DNA from: Utricularia gibba
Taxonomy: Eukaryota > Plantae > Magnoliophyta
NCBI GenBank assembly: GCA_002189035.1
Contig: NEEC01000008.1
Span: 1,612,001 to 1,676,000 of the forward strand
Length of the DNA stretch: 64,000 nt
Direction of reading: 5' to 3'
In this document: one piece after another, positions 1 to 11,883 of the stretch
Position numbering within the stretch: the first letter of the stretch is position 1
Layout: each line of letters starts with the position of its first letter
The notes under the pieces: model-generated
Databases searched by the model: none
Told to the model about the DNA's origin: nothing
Seen by the model: only the letters and a program-made list of their open reading frames with translations
Program-made: the position numbers and the translations under genes

Positions 1-3000
1 ATTATCATTAGCTTCATATCCTTTTTCTGAGGGGAGCCAACTTACTCCTAACATTCCTCAGCCATTTGCACCACCTGGAAATAATAGCTTGTGTGGTTTT
101 ACACCTCTTCAAATAGGCCAGCTGCATTGTCTGATTCATGAGCATGTACAACTACTTATTCAGATTTTCACCATTTGTGTTTTTGAGCCTGTTAAAAGCC
201 ACATTGCTGCAGAGGTTAAGGAATTAATTTCAGAGATGCTACGAATCAGAGATCAAGCCACAGCCTGGAAAAAAGTACCATATCCAAGCTTTTGCTTTTT
301 TCCTCCATATGTGCATCCATCAGTGGCAGATGAGGATCCGAGGATGTTGCAACCAAATTGCAGCTACAGAAATCTGATCCAGGATGCACCATCAGCAAGT
401 AATAAGGATGTGCCTTCTTATTTCAGTTCTTTGTCGAATGAGAAGTGTGTGTCTTTGCCTGGCAACCAGGCTGGCTTTTCTAGAAATCCTGATTCCACAT
501 CATGGACTCCTTATATCTGTGGGCCAGTGCTATCTGTGTTAGATGTAGCCCCACTGAGATTAGTTGAGAGCTATGTCGATGATGTTACATCTGGTATGCA
601 ATATCAAAAGCATGATATCTTTAGTGCAGTTCATTTCCATATTCTTCTGGTCCTTTCACGTTCTCACATGCTTCTGTGATTTCTTTGCAGTGGTGAGAGC
701 ATATGAAAGATGCCAAATCGAACTTGGTTTTGAGAATCAGAGCCAATCAGAGCCTTTGTTTCCATATCCTAGCAATATAGGTTATGCTGAATCCGATAGT
801 CAGGGAGAAATTGAAAACAGTTCTCTTGAATCCAATGAGGTTCGTTCTTCTTTGTCTGGTAGTGATGTTCCAAAGAAGACAATGGCTGCATCCCTGCTTA
901 AGAAAGCCAAAAGCCAACCAGTTTCTCTCGTACCAAAAGATATCGCAAAATTAGCTCAGAGGTTTGGGCCACTGTTTAATCCCGCTCTTTATCCCCACAA
1001 GCCCCCTCCTGCACCTCTTGCCAATCGGGTGCTTTTTACTGATGCAGAGGATGAGTGAGTACATGCTTTACTACTCTTTTTTTGTGCATTGCCTTATTTT
1101 AAGCAAATCATGCAATCTTCTTAACAATCATATGTAAGGGAGGACATAGTCTTTCAATTATGTGGAGTTGTTGATAGTATGATATCCACAGGTCCAGCAT
1201 TGTGATTTCATTGGTGAGAGTTCTTTTTTTTTTCTATCAGATTACTGGCATTGGGGTTAATGGAATTTAATACTGACTGGAAGGCTATACAGCAGAGATT
1301 TCTTCCTTGCAAATCTACGCATCAGGTGAATAAATTGTGATGGTTTCATTGTACCTTGCTTATGCTAATACGATGTATTGCCTGAAACAGATTTTTGTGA
1401 GGCAAAAGAATCGTGCATCCTCGAAAGCACCAGAAAATCCTATAAAGGTACCTAATTTACCCTTTTTTTTCATCTAATTTTTGAACCTGAGATCAAGATT
1501 GATCATAATGTAGGTGGTGCGGAGGATGAAAAACTCTCCCTTGACGTCCGAGGAGATTGCTCGTATTGAAGCAGTAAGTGTTTGAAAAAGTTTAATTTCA
1601 GACATCACATACCATTCACTTCCTACTCAATGCTTGATCATATTGGTTTAGGGTCTGAAAAAATTTAAGCTCGATTGGATGTCAATTTGGAGGTTTCTCG
1701 TTCCATATAGAGATCCATCAATTCTTCCTCGACAGTGGAGAATTGCTTCAGGTACACAAAAGTCCTATAAATCGGATGCAAATAAGAAAGCAAAGCGCCT
1801 TTTGTATGAATTAAGGAGAAAGGCTACCAAAACTTCTCCACTATCATCAGATTCACCACTGGAAAACAAGGTATCAACTTATCTTTAATTTAATTTTAGA
1901 GGGTTTATCCAGGAACAGATTAACGAATATCTTTAATTGTAGGTTTATGCCACTGATAGTGGTACTGGAGAAGCTAGCTGCTGGAGTAAGCATGCTGACA
2001 GGGAAGGTGAAGCTTATGTTCATGAGGCTTTTTTGGCTGACTGGAGGCCAGATCGCAGTCTTCCTTCAGTTCTTCAGTCTGCCCTGCATAAGGAGAGCTG
2101 CCAAACCCTAGCACTGACTGATAATTCAGGATTTGAAAATAATCAAACCAACCCGAATCCCAGGTATCCTTATCCTGTGAAGTTATTTCCTGTCAGAACT
2201 GTTTTTGTAGTTCCTATGCTTTCAATGAGTTATGCTTTTTTTATTTTCTCACCTCTCTTGTAGTACATCCACTCCTCAAGTTTATTTACGACCCTATCGA
2301 GCTCGTAGGCAAAATGCTGCCCGGGTAGTGAAATTAGCTCCTGGTTTGCCTCCGGTTAATCTTCCTCCATCCGTCCGAATTATCTCACAGTCAGCTTTCA
2401 AAAGGAACCAGACATCAGTATCTGCAAGCGTTTCGGGCAACTTTTCAAAGATAGACACTTCAGAGAAAACTGCAGGTTTTACAAACCGCTTTGTTGTTTC
2501 TGCTTCTCAGCATGGAAATGATGATACCACATTTGAGAAGATGAGCGAGGCTGAACCTCAGATGCATCCTCTATTATTCCATTCCCCTCAAGATGCCCAC
2601 CTGCCTTTTCATTCACTGAACTGTGGGTCTACCGCCTTCATCACTGGGAAGCAACCACAACTAGCTCTGAGTCTTTTTCATAGTCCCCGTCAAATAAAAG
2701 ATGCTGTGAGCTTCCTTAGCAAGTCATCCAAATTTCCTGAGAAGTGTGTCTCATCTTCCAGTGGCGTTTTTCATCCACTTCTAGAAAGGAATGAGGCTTC
2801 AGATATAGAAGCGATGGTATCTCATCAAGCCACAAGGACTTTAAGTGGTCAGCAACACCGTTTGATCGGGAATCCTCCTGCCTCTGCTAGCAAGCAAGTT
2901 AGTGAAAGGTATAGCAGCAGTTCAAGTGCTTTAGAGATGAATGTCATCTCTGCTAATAGAAAAAACAGTCCATTAGACCTGGATATGCATCTTAGTGTAG

Positions 3001-3314
3001 CATCTAAGAATCAAGGAAGTGCTCAAGGTAGAAACACTACTACGCAACGCACTAGTGGCAGGTCATCAAGTGCCTGGAGATCTGCAGCTGAAGACTCTGT
3101 CAAAACGAGCAGTTTGGACAGGATAAGAAGCGAGGTTGGTACTGGTTACTCTGAACGGGATACTAACAGGGCCAGATCCAGCACAATCTCTCATAGCATG
3201 CATGATGCATCTTTCCCTGTTATTATTATGGAACAGGAAGAGCTGAGCGACTCTGATGAAGAGTTTGAGGAAAATATCGAGTTTGAGTGCGAGGAGATGG
3301 CCGATTCAGAATGA
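1..3314 (+). CDS. DUO3: DUO POLLEN 3-like homeodomain-like/SANT protein (GON4L/YY1AP-related), 5'-partial, multi-exon
   Basis: Spliced frames give FTPLQIGQLHCLIHEHVQLLIQ, HKPPPAPLANRVLFTDAEDE|LLALGLMEFNTDWKAIQQRFLPCKSTHQ, FVRQKNRASSKAPENPIK, YVHEAFLADWRP, RPYRARR..VVKLAPGLPPVNLPPSVR and an acidic end EENIEFECEEMADSE. The frame is open from base 2; first stop is TGA 3312-3314. Confidence 0.85.
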
Positions 3315-4258
3315 GACGCTACTTCAGACTCAGACTATCTTGCTTAACACACCAAATGAGGTATGTGTTTTTATGTCTCTGTGGTTTTTATCGATCTCCC
3401 GGCGATCTGTTGAATCTAGATTCACCACAGAGCAAGGGACTGTGAGCCTAAGCCTCAAGGAAAATTCCAAGTTGCTCTAAATGGATTCCGTATGAGCTGA
3501 TCTTCCTCAACTCAATTTGAAAACTTTATTGTGCATTGCAACCAGGAGATGCTGTTGGACGAAACAGACGAAGCCAATGTCAAAAAGCAGGTGCGGAATC
3601 CCTAGTGTCACAACAAGATCAGCCATTCTCTCTCTGAAAACAGTCTATCTGTGTTCTGATTCCGTGAATGCCATGAGGACAATGGCTGCCGGCGAATGTG
3701 CGCCTTTCTCCCCATCTGGAATATATGCTCTAAATCAAGCAGCACATCCTAAATCCACAAGGGCCGGATGTGGGCAGATACCCAAGTGATGCTGATCGAT
3801 CTGGAGTTTCTAGTCTTGTGGTAAGAACCAGGAAATTTGAGCACAAGTGTTGCCCTGGTGCAGAGATGTAGAAAAGCCTCCAACTCCAGTGATAAATGAG
3901 CCCAGAGAACTGTTTAAGTTCAGCTGGAAGAACCATCCGCAGTTGAAGAATGGACCACTTCCTGGCATAAACCAAGGGTGCAAGTACTGCCGATGGCTTA
4001 CCAGTGACCAGTTACAGAAACCCTAAACGTTGCAAGACCATTGTACGGTCATATATCTGGGCCTTTTCAGCATTGTTCTCCATGGCAGCGATCTTCTTCC
4101 GCTGCAGACATACCAGAGCAAGTGGACAGGACTCCACAGAGAAAACCACGTTCTTTATTTTATTTTTTAAAATGTAGACCTTTTCAAATTGGTTTCGCGG
4201 ACTAGGTTTTGGAAGTGACTGCGTAAGTCTTATCCATCGGCCTTCAAGAGGAAGTGAT

Positions 4259-5933
4259 ATGGTGGCTTCGAACCCAGCAACAATGCTGCAAAAGAGCACT
4301 CTTTTGCGGGGATGGAGGGCTTTTTGCACCACACCCACCAGTTGTTTCGATGCTCGGAGCAGAATCCTAATCTTTAACGCGATTGGAATGAATCGGACTT
4401 TTGCGAGCGGCTCTCCAGTGTCTACTCCTGTCTCAGCTTATAGGCTTATGATGTTTGGTCGTTCTGGGTTTGGTTCCAATCCGCTACGCCGTTCAGCTTT
4501 CCAGTTTGCGAGCAGTAGTGGAGAAGGTGGCGGAGTCGGAGATTCCGGTGGCGGAGTCGGAGGTTCCGGTCCCGGAGGCGGGGATTTCGGCGGTGGAGGT
4601 AGCGGAGGGCATAATGGGAGCAACTGGTCGCTTCTCTCTTGGTAATTAGTTGCTTAATAATCATTCTGTATGCTGCATAGGCCTCTACTTCGTTCCAGAG
4701 GGAAATCAACGTTTTATAGCTTGCTGCGTTCATAGTTCATATGCTCCAAATTTCTATCCTAGTTCTGTTTCAGTAATTATAAGCCACTGGTGGCTACATG
4801 GATAATCTTTGTAGAATCTGGTTGGTGACTATGTTTTGAGATTGAGTGTGCAGTATGTTTTGCCACATTTATGTTGCACATGTCCTAAGAAAGTTCTGGT
4901 AAGAAATTTGATCAGTCAAAAAGAAAGATCAACTCAAAGCTATTCTTTATACTGTTCAGGTATCTTTCCCTTCTTGCCAAGCACCCTGTGCTGACAAAAG
5001 CTATAAGCGCTGGAATTTTAAATCTGGTTGGTGACTTGATTTGTCAGGTAATTTTTATTCCTCAAGTTCTATATTAACCACCAAGTGATGTGCAATTTCA
5101 TCTGAGTCAATCTTCTTTTTTTTGGCAATGATGGCTCAGCTTCTGGTTGATCGAGTACAGAATATAGACGTTAAGCGGTCTTTTATTTTCACTCTCTTGG
5201 GGCAATTTTGGTTGGTCCAACATTGCATTTCTGGTAAATGCCAGGCTTTCTTGTCTGCTATCCTAAATCGAAGCAGTGGATATGGTTCTTCATTGATTAG
5301 GTGTTGTGTACAGATTTAACGTAGCATGTCACATAATGTATTAGGTACTTGTTCTTGAGTAAACTAGTCACTACTCCTGGGAATACTGGTGCTATTTTAC
5401 GGCTTATTCTTGATCAGGTACAGCATTTAAGATTGTGAATCACATGATAACTATTTTATGTATTTTTTGCTCAGAAAAATGGTTGACTCTAAATCTTCTT
5501 GCAGTTCTTTTTTTCTCCCATTTTCATTGGGTTTTTCCTCTCCTCATTGATGACACTTGATGGGAAGCCATCACATATCATCCCGAAGCTGCAGCAGGTA
5601 CTTTATGAAATCTACGCATGGCCTTAATCAAAAAGAGATGATCGCCACCCTGAACTTTACATAATTGTTGACCTCCCTTTTCAGGATTGGTTCTCCGCAG
5701 TTGTAGCAAACTGGCAGCTCTGGATACCTTTCCAGTTTTTCAATTTCCGCTACGTTCCACAGCAATTTCAGGTTCAATCCTGCATAACTATTCTGATATC
5801 AATCTCATGAACAGGCGACAGGGACCGAATTTGTGATGCTCCCTTCTTTCAGGTCCTTGCTTCCAACTTCTTTGCCTTGATCTGGAACGTAGTTCTCTCC
5901 TACAAAGCACACAAAGATGTCCTTGTGAAATAG
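4259..5933 (+). CDS. Mpv17/PMP22 (PXMP2/4) family membrane protein with Gly-rich N-terminal linker; 7 exons; 1-nt frameshift at 5199-5202
   Basis: Exons read YLSLLAKHPVLTKAISAGILNLVGDLICQ, LVGPTLHFW|YLFLSK, LILDQ|FFFSP, ANWQLWIPFQFFNFRYVPQQFQ|VLASNFFALIWNVVLSYKAH, with GT-AG introns and stop TAG 5931-5933. Confidence 0.9.
4526..4567 (+). repeat. 21-bp tandem duplication encoding GGGVGDS/GGGVGGS
   Basis: ggtggcggagtcggag(a/g)ttcc occurs twice in tandem inside exon 1 of the PMP22-family gene. Confidence 0.8.
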
Positions 5934-6137
5934 CAGCTGCCTCCCTTGTTTCATTCACTGGTTCTAGGTTTTCATCCTACCCTTTCTGTCGCTAAGATTT
6001 CCATCTGCGGTTGAAACCCACAATAACTTCAGTAAATGTTTTGCATATTTGATGAATAAGAAGAGACTGGCACCGTGTTAGGTGCAGAGGCACGAAAATG
6101 AAGAGTTTTGCAGCTACCAGCAGACTTTACCCTGTAC

Positions 6138-6885
6138 GGGCTTTTTAGAAAACTACCCGGGGGATGGGTTTACAAATGCACCTACCCCTCCTTTTCATTT
6201 AAAAAAGTATCTATCCTCAAGTAATGTATAGTTCTTTTAATATAAATTTGTACTTAAATATTGTGTGTAACATATTTATATATTTTTTATAAAAATTCGT
6301 AGCAGTTATTTATCCTTATATCAAGTTCATAATATTTATTTACGTTTATTTATTAATAAAAAATTAAAGTTCGATGAACTAGAAGAGATTTTCAATTTTT
6401 TCATTGAAAAAAAGAGGTTTCTAATTTAGAATTAAAATGAAGTGATTAAGAAATAATTTATATAGTTATTAAAAAAATACTCTATAATATATTATTATAA
6501 AAATAAAATCTATATAAGTAATTTTATTTTATGTTTTTGAAATCACAAAAATTATATCTATACATAAGATTGTATACAGAAAGAGAAAATACTTTTGAAA
6601 AATAAAGATCCTAGATGAATTATGATATTTTTAAACTCTTTTAAATATCCAAATAATGATATTAGTTTTAAAAATATATATAAATTCAATAAATAAATAA
6701 GAATAATTTTATATTCATTATTTTATTATAATAATTTAAAGTATACAATAATTTATATTAAAAATATATAAAATAAATAGTATGAGTAGATTTGTTAAGG
6801 ATGCATACTTTTTTAAACAGAAATTGCAGGTGGATACAATTGACATCCCATACCCCAACATGGGCGGTTTTCTAAAAATAACCCC
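6138..6885. mobile_element. Non-autonomous Mutator-like/foldback element with ~80-bp imperfect TIRs and AT-rich interior
   Basis: tttttagaaaac (6142-6153) is the exact reverse complement of 6867-6878. tttaaaaaagtatctatcct (6198-6217) matches the reverse complement of 6798-6817 at 18/20. Both ends begin with GGG on their own strand. Confidence 0.65.
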
Positions 6886-7264
6886 AGAATTTACTGTCTG
6901 CCCCACCAGGCACCATTCGGATAACTTGTCGGGATTCACATGGTGCATTCAATTTGTGACAGGGTGTTATCGCAGTACATCTTTGTTGTACTAAAGCATG
7001 TGCGTAATTTTCGATTATGAAAACAGCAGCGTGATGCTAGTTATTGGTTTACAGGGGAGCAGACAGCAGTTAAGAATCTAGCATTATATTTTCTGTTGAT
7101 TTTGGCCGATTCCACAGGGTGCTGAATCGTTAAGGAGAAACTGTGGAAGCAAAAGGCAATATCAGACTGATGCTGGCAAAACATTAAATTGTCCCCAACT
7201 GGGGTGTTGTCAATTTTCTCTTTATAAGTAACCGGTGGCAGTGGGTGAATCGAGCAGAGAAAGA

Positions 7265-7675
7265 ATGAGTAAATGCAACTGGGGTGTCATCGTCCTTATG
7301 TTTGCTATTCATGAAGCCGCCGGGAGGAAAGCTCCGGTGGCTGAGGAGAAGAATCTCGGTTCATACCGTGGGATAGGAGGCTACTCCGGAGTTGACGACG
7401 GAGGGATTCCGTTTGGTGGGATTGGCGGTGGGGTGGTTGCCGGAGGTGACATTGGAGGAGCCACAAGTTATGGCGGGTTCAATGCCGGGATCGGAACACT
7501 TCCCAGTGCCGGTGGACCGCCTACAGCACATGCAACCGGTGACGGTTTCGGTGGTGGGTCTGGTGGAGGATCCGGCAGTGGCGTTGGAAGAGCGATGGTA
7601 CCGGCCGGCGGTATGTTCGGAGGAGGTCCTACCTTTGTAGGTGGTGCTGCTGGTGGCTCGCTGCCCATTCCTTGA
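7265..7675 (+). CDS. Secreted glycine-rich cell-wall-type protein
   Basis: Single exon. Hydrophobic N-terminus MSKCNWGVIVLMFAIHEAAG, then RK..EEKNL and GG-rich repeats ending GGSLPIP. Confidence 0.8.
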   Translation: MSKCNWGVIVLMFAIHEAAGRKAPVAEEKNLGSYRGIGGYSGVDDGGIPFGGIGGGVVAGGDIGGATSYGGFNAGIGTLPSAGGPPTAHATGDGFGGGSGGGSGSGVGRAMVPAGGMFGGGPTFVGGAAGGSLPIP

Positions 7676-7946
7676 GTGACTGCTGCTACTGCTTTATGGC
7701 GCCTAGTAAACTCACCATCATATATATCGCTTTATTGCTTTCCTTCTGAATCTGTTCACAAAACTGTGCGAACGGAGGGTGAGAGCACACAGAATAGATA
7801 CAAAAAATGACTGCAATCTAGTGTGAAAAATGCAACACGAGGACTCCGAATTCACAGAACATATAATGAGCATCAAGTTCTACATGCAAATTTTGGGAGC
7901 ATGACACACTATAGTTGATCGAACCAAGACATATACTGGAGGCTCA

Positions 7947-9323
7947 TCACATACAAAGCCAGCCCCTCAGGGACTCCCTCTTTCTTCTTAAACATGACTT
8001 TGTCTCTAGCCTTATTGAAATCAGGATGCGTAAACGAACACATAAAGTTGAATTCAAATATGGTAAGCTAAAAGCCAATCGCGTACTGAGAGATACCTTG
8101 AAGGATAATCTGAAGCTATCTACGTGTATGGAAATTTGCAGTGAAAAATATATGATTTGCCAAAGACTACCCAACCATATACTTAAGTAGTGCACTGAAA
8201 TCATGAGGGGCACCAAGAATTAAGTGAAATAGAAAACTCCAAAGAGGGTAGTGCTGTGTACCTTCATACGTCGCTCCCTCAGAGCAAGTAGACGAGCTTC
8301 AGAGCGTATTGCATTGATATCCGCTCCACAGAACTCATCCTTGGTCATAACAAATTCTTCCGGATTTACATCAGCTAATGTCATCCTTGATGTGTGTATC
8401 TAACCATCCAAGAAGGAATTCAGACAAACCACATTGTCACGTCAGAACTAAACTGTCAAAAGTCATTCCACGTATACGTGGAAAATGCGCCTCCTTGTCA
8501 TCAGGAAGAGGAAATCCAATTTTACGGTCTATTCTGCCAGGACGATGGAGAGTAGGATCAAGACTTTCATTTTGTTCGTGGCAAGAATTACTGTCACATC
8601 CCCTCTTGAATCAAAGCCATCTAACTGGTTAAGCAGTTCCAACATTGTCCTACTTTCTCTTTCACCGCCTGAATGGGCATCATACCTGAATAATGGGGAT
8701 CCATATAGGCACGAAATAACCTATTTCGCGAGTCAAAAGACTCTGAAATAATCACATTTTTGTACCAACTTCATCAATTTCGTCAATAAAGACGATTAGT
8801 GGCGATAGATCATCAGCAACTCTAAACCACTCTTTAACCAATTTCGATCGTCTCCCAAATACTTCTGAATCAACACACTTCCAACAACACAGAGGAAAGT
8901 TGCCGACGTAGCGTTAGCCACTGAATAAACATTTCAAGGACAAAAAGCTCAGATATACGGTTCAAACAGGATGATGGGAGCCAAAATGTGATTGCTATAA
9001 ACATAAGCATCACCCGCATACCTTAATAATCCGGTCCAACGGAAGATGAAATAATTCCGACAAAATCAACTCCTCCAAATTTCCAATACTCATCCGCACA
9101 TCGTCCTTTTATCCTTTCTAGCTTCAGAAGACGAAGCTTACACTTGGTCAGCGGTGTCACCGTAGGTACCCGGCCGCAGCCTCGGGCACCACTGCTTACA
9201 CTTGGCCATTGCAAATCGAACTGGCGGCGCCGCCTGCCCGATTTTCTTCTCTTTCTTATCTCCGTCATCCTTCCGATCTCCTTGATGCTGGCGATTCAGC
9301 CCTCCCAACGTCCCCTGGCCAAT
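7947..9323 (-). pseudogene. RPT2: 26S proteasome AAA-ATPase RPT2 (subunit 4) pseudogene with introns retained
   Basis: Minus-strand fragments in order: [181 protein letters not shown]. Start codon reads ATT; there are several frameshifts and deletions. Confidence 0.92.
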
Positions 9324-9394
9324 GATCTTCTCCTCTCTTTCTCCGGCAGACTGATTCTCAAGCAAAATATATTGAAATGAACTGCAAGCCGGCA

Positions 9395-9456
9395 GATTTA
9401 TGGGCTGCCGCCCACGTGCAAACAAAAATGGGCCTCCCATGGCCCAATAGGCCCAT
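9395..9456. promoter_or_regulatory. Bidirectional promoter with site II (TGGGCY) cluster and G-box
   Basis: tgggct, tgggcc, ggccca, aggcccat and cacgtg lie within ~60 bp, in the 222-bp gap between the head-to-head RPT2 relic (9323) and the ZNHIT3 ATG (9546). Confidence 0.6.
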
Positions 9457-9545
9457 ATTTTCGAATGAAAAACCAGGCCAAAATCTTCGACGAATTCACA
9501 GTTCAAACTTCAACCACAGCTGCTTTACAGAAGAGGTAATCTTTG

Positions 9546-10652
9546 ATGAAAATCTGCGAAGTTTGTACGTTAGGGCAGTCGAAATACAAGTGCCCGACGT
9601 GTCTGATACCGTAGTAAGTCAACGCGACCTGTGTTTCATTATCTGTTGCTGTTTAGCAATGATCTTTTCCGTAATCTTGTTTCGTTTTCATTCTGGATGG
9701 CCCGCGAAGCTGCTCTCTTCCCTGTTTTAAGAAGCACAAAGGTTAGTGGATTGATGGGGTTCCTTGAATTTTAATATTTGCGTGTCTGTTGCCCAATTGG
9801 CGTATCTGTTGTGGTACCTATGCAGTGATTCCCTGTACAAAGCCGGAGCCTTTGGAGGAAGATAACATTCATAACAATGGGAGTAAGCCCTTTTTGTGCT
9901 TTATCCTGAATTTGATGCCAATCACGTACAAATCTATGGAGATTTATAAAATTTCTTGTTGGTATTCAACTATCTTACTGTCTTGTTTAGACATTCTACT
10001 TTTTGCTTTTGTATATCGGCTTCTCGACCATTGCAGCTTCTTTACACGTTGTCCCTACACTCTTCTTATGTTAGGTTCGGATGATAGCAAACCGTGCTAT
10101 GTGGATAACCAGAGTGAGGTCTTGGAAAGGGGACAACTGCAGTCTCTTGGTACATTTTTTTGTGAAACAGTCATCATATTTGATATGCTTCTGAGTCTTA
10201 TTTCCCATGCACTTTTCTCCCTGGATGCAAAGTTTCCAACAGAACCTTAAAGGAAAATGTCGCAGACAACCATCTTAGACCTGATCTGATACCTTTGTTG
10301 ATTCTCTTGCAGCGTCATCAAATGAAATCTGCGATATTGTCAAGAACGAAGGACTGCGCAGAACTATCTGCAGGGTTGATTCCTCTGTAAACCCCGAGAA
10401 GGCAAGTGCAACCACGGCCAATTGCTTAATCTTTTTCTTTAGCTTTAAAGAAGCTAACTAAAACTAAACAATGTTTCACCAGGAGCTAGAACAAGCCATG
10501 GAAGATGAATCATTCCGCGTTTTGGCCCAAAAGGTAACGCAACTTTACTCACCCCTGCTTTCACAGCAGCACGTTTGTCATGAAAAGAGTAGTTGCAGTC
10601 ATTACATATACACCCTTTTAATCTTCAGATTTTGGACGCCATTGGCACTTGA
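9546..10652 (+). CDS. ZNHIT3: Zinc finger HIT domain protein 3-like (box C/D snoRNP assembly factor family)
   Basis: MKICEVCTLGQSKYKCPTCLIPY|CSLPCFKKHK is the HIT zinc finger. Later exons read SSNEICDIVKNEGLRRTICRVDSSVNPEK|ELEQAMEDESFRVLAQK|ILDAIGT*. One intron (10402-10482) is GC-AG. Confidence 0.85.
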
Positions 10653-11883
10653 CTCTGAGTTATGAGCACCTGCTATTCCAGGGATCACTTGAAAAGAATA
10701 TGGAGGTTGCGTAGCATATCATTCTCACAGGGTTATCTAGGAAATCACCCTCTGTCCCTCATAAAACCATCCATTGTCCTAAAAGTGTTATAAATGTGCT
10801 CATCTCTCTTTTTTTTTTCTTTTGTATGGAATTATATATTTTGTAATAGAATTAATCGTTTTAGTTAAATAAAAGTTTATATTTAATTGAATTTTGCAGT
10901 ATAATTTTTCGTACATTGGATAGTTTTGTAACAATTTTTTATAAATAACTCCATTCTCACAATGTGGGGATGACAACAAAATCGGATGAATTAGAAAAAT
11001 GATTAATATGTCAAAGATTATGTGAAAAAAAATGAATATCATATGTATAATAGTTTTTACTTATTTTTTCTTGTTTTCAGGAGTAATCATTTCCTTTGTC
11101 TATTTTATTATTTTTACAAACTTTAAAACATTTAATATTATAACAATGCTAAAAGATACTAAATTCCTTAATAATATAGTATATAAATATTTTTTTACCC
11201 ACTTGTACGTTTAAATAAAAATTGGTCATTATTACAAACCATAAATTTTTATGGTCATGTATTATCAAGAGTTTGCCACATATTTTCACAAATCTTATTT
11301 TAGAGTGTAATAAAAATGTCATTATTATTTTGATTATTTTCAAAATTTTAGAAGTGAAATATATGGAAAGAAAAAAATGAATTGAAATAGAAAATAAAAA
11401 AGAATACATTATTGAAAATAATTTTATTGGAATGAAAAATAAAATAACATTAAAAAATGGTTCATTTTGTATTTTATTTTTCTTTTTCTTTTTTACTATG
11501 AAGAATTACTCGAGTACAGACAATCTCTGTAAGGGTAAGATAAGAATGTCTACTTCACTCCAAGACCATGCCACGTACACCCAGCTTCAAGATTTAATTT
11601 TCATTTTAAAAAAAGAAAATTATTACTTTATACTGTAAAAATATTAATTTCTCATAAGGTTTTGCGCAAGTAAAAACTATAGGTTACAGTGATGTGTGGA
11701 TGCGGAGCGCTGGAGCCCACCGCCCATGTGCCCTTCCCTTCTGTCTCCACCAGCCCCGCTGCTGCTTGTGCTACTCCTCTTGAATCAATCACTGCTCCCG
11801 CGCCCCCCCCTTCGGCTTCTCTTCTCTCTTCTATTTTCTGATCTCTTCGCTTCTACCTGGGTGCTCCCCGGCCCCGCACCGCC

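Noticed and set aside
1871-1950. Duplicated atctttaatt..ggtttat acceptor region in DUO3
   Set aside because: Only a short low-complexity match, and the upstream AG would give a 29-nt intron.
10745-10770. accctctgtccct as a Stowaway TIR
   Set aside because: No matching right-hand TIR was found in the following AT-rich spacer.
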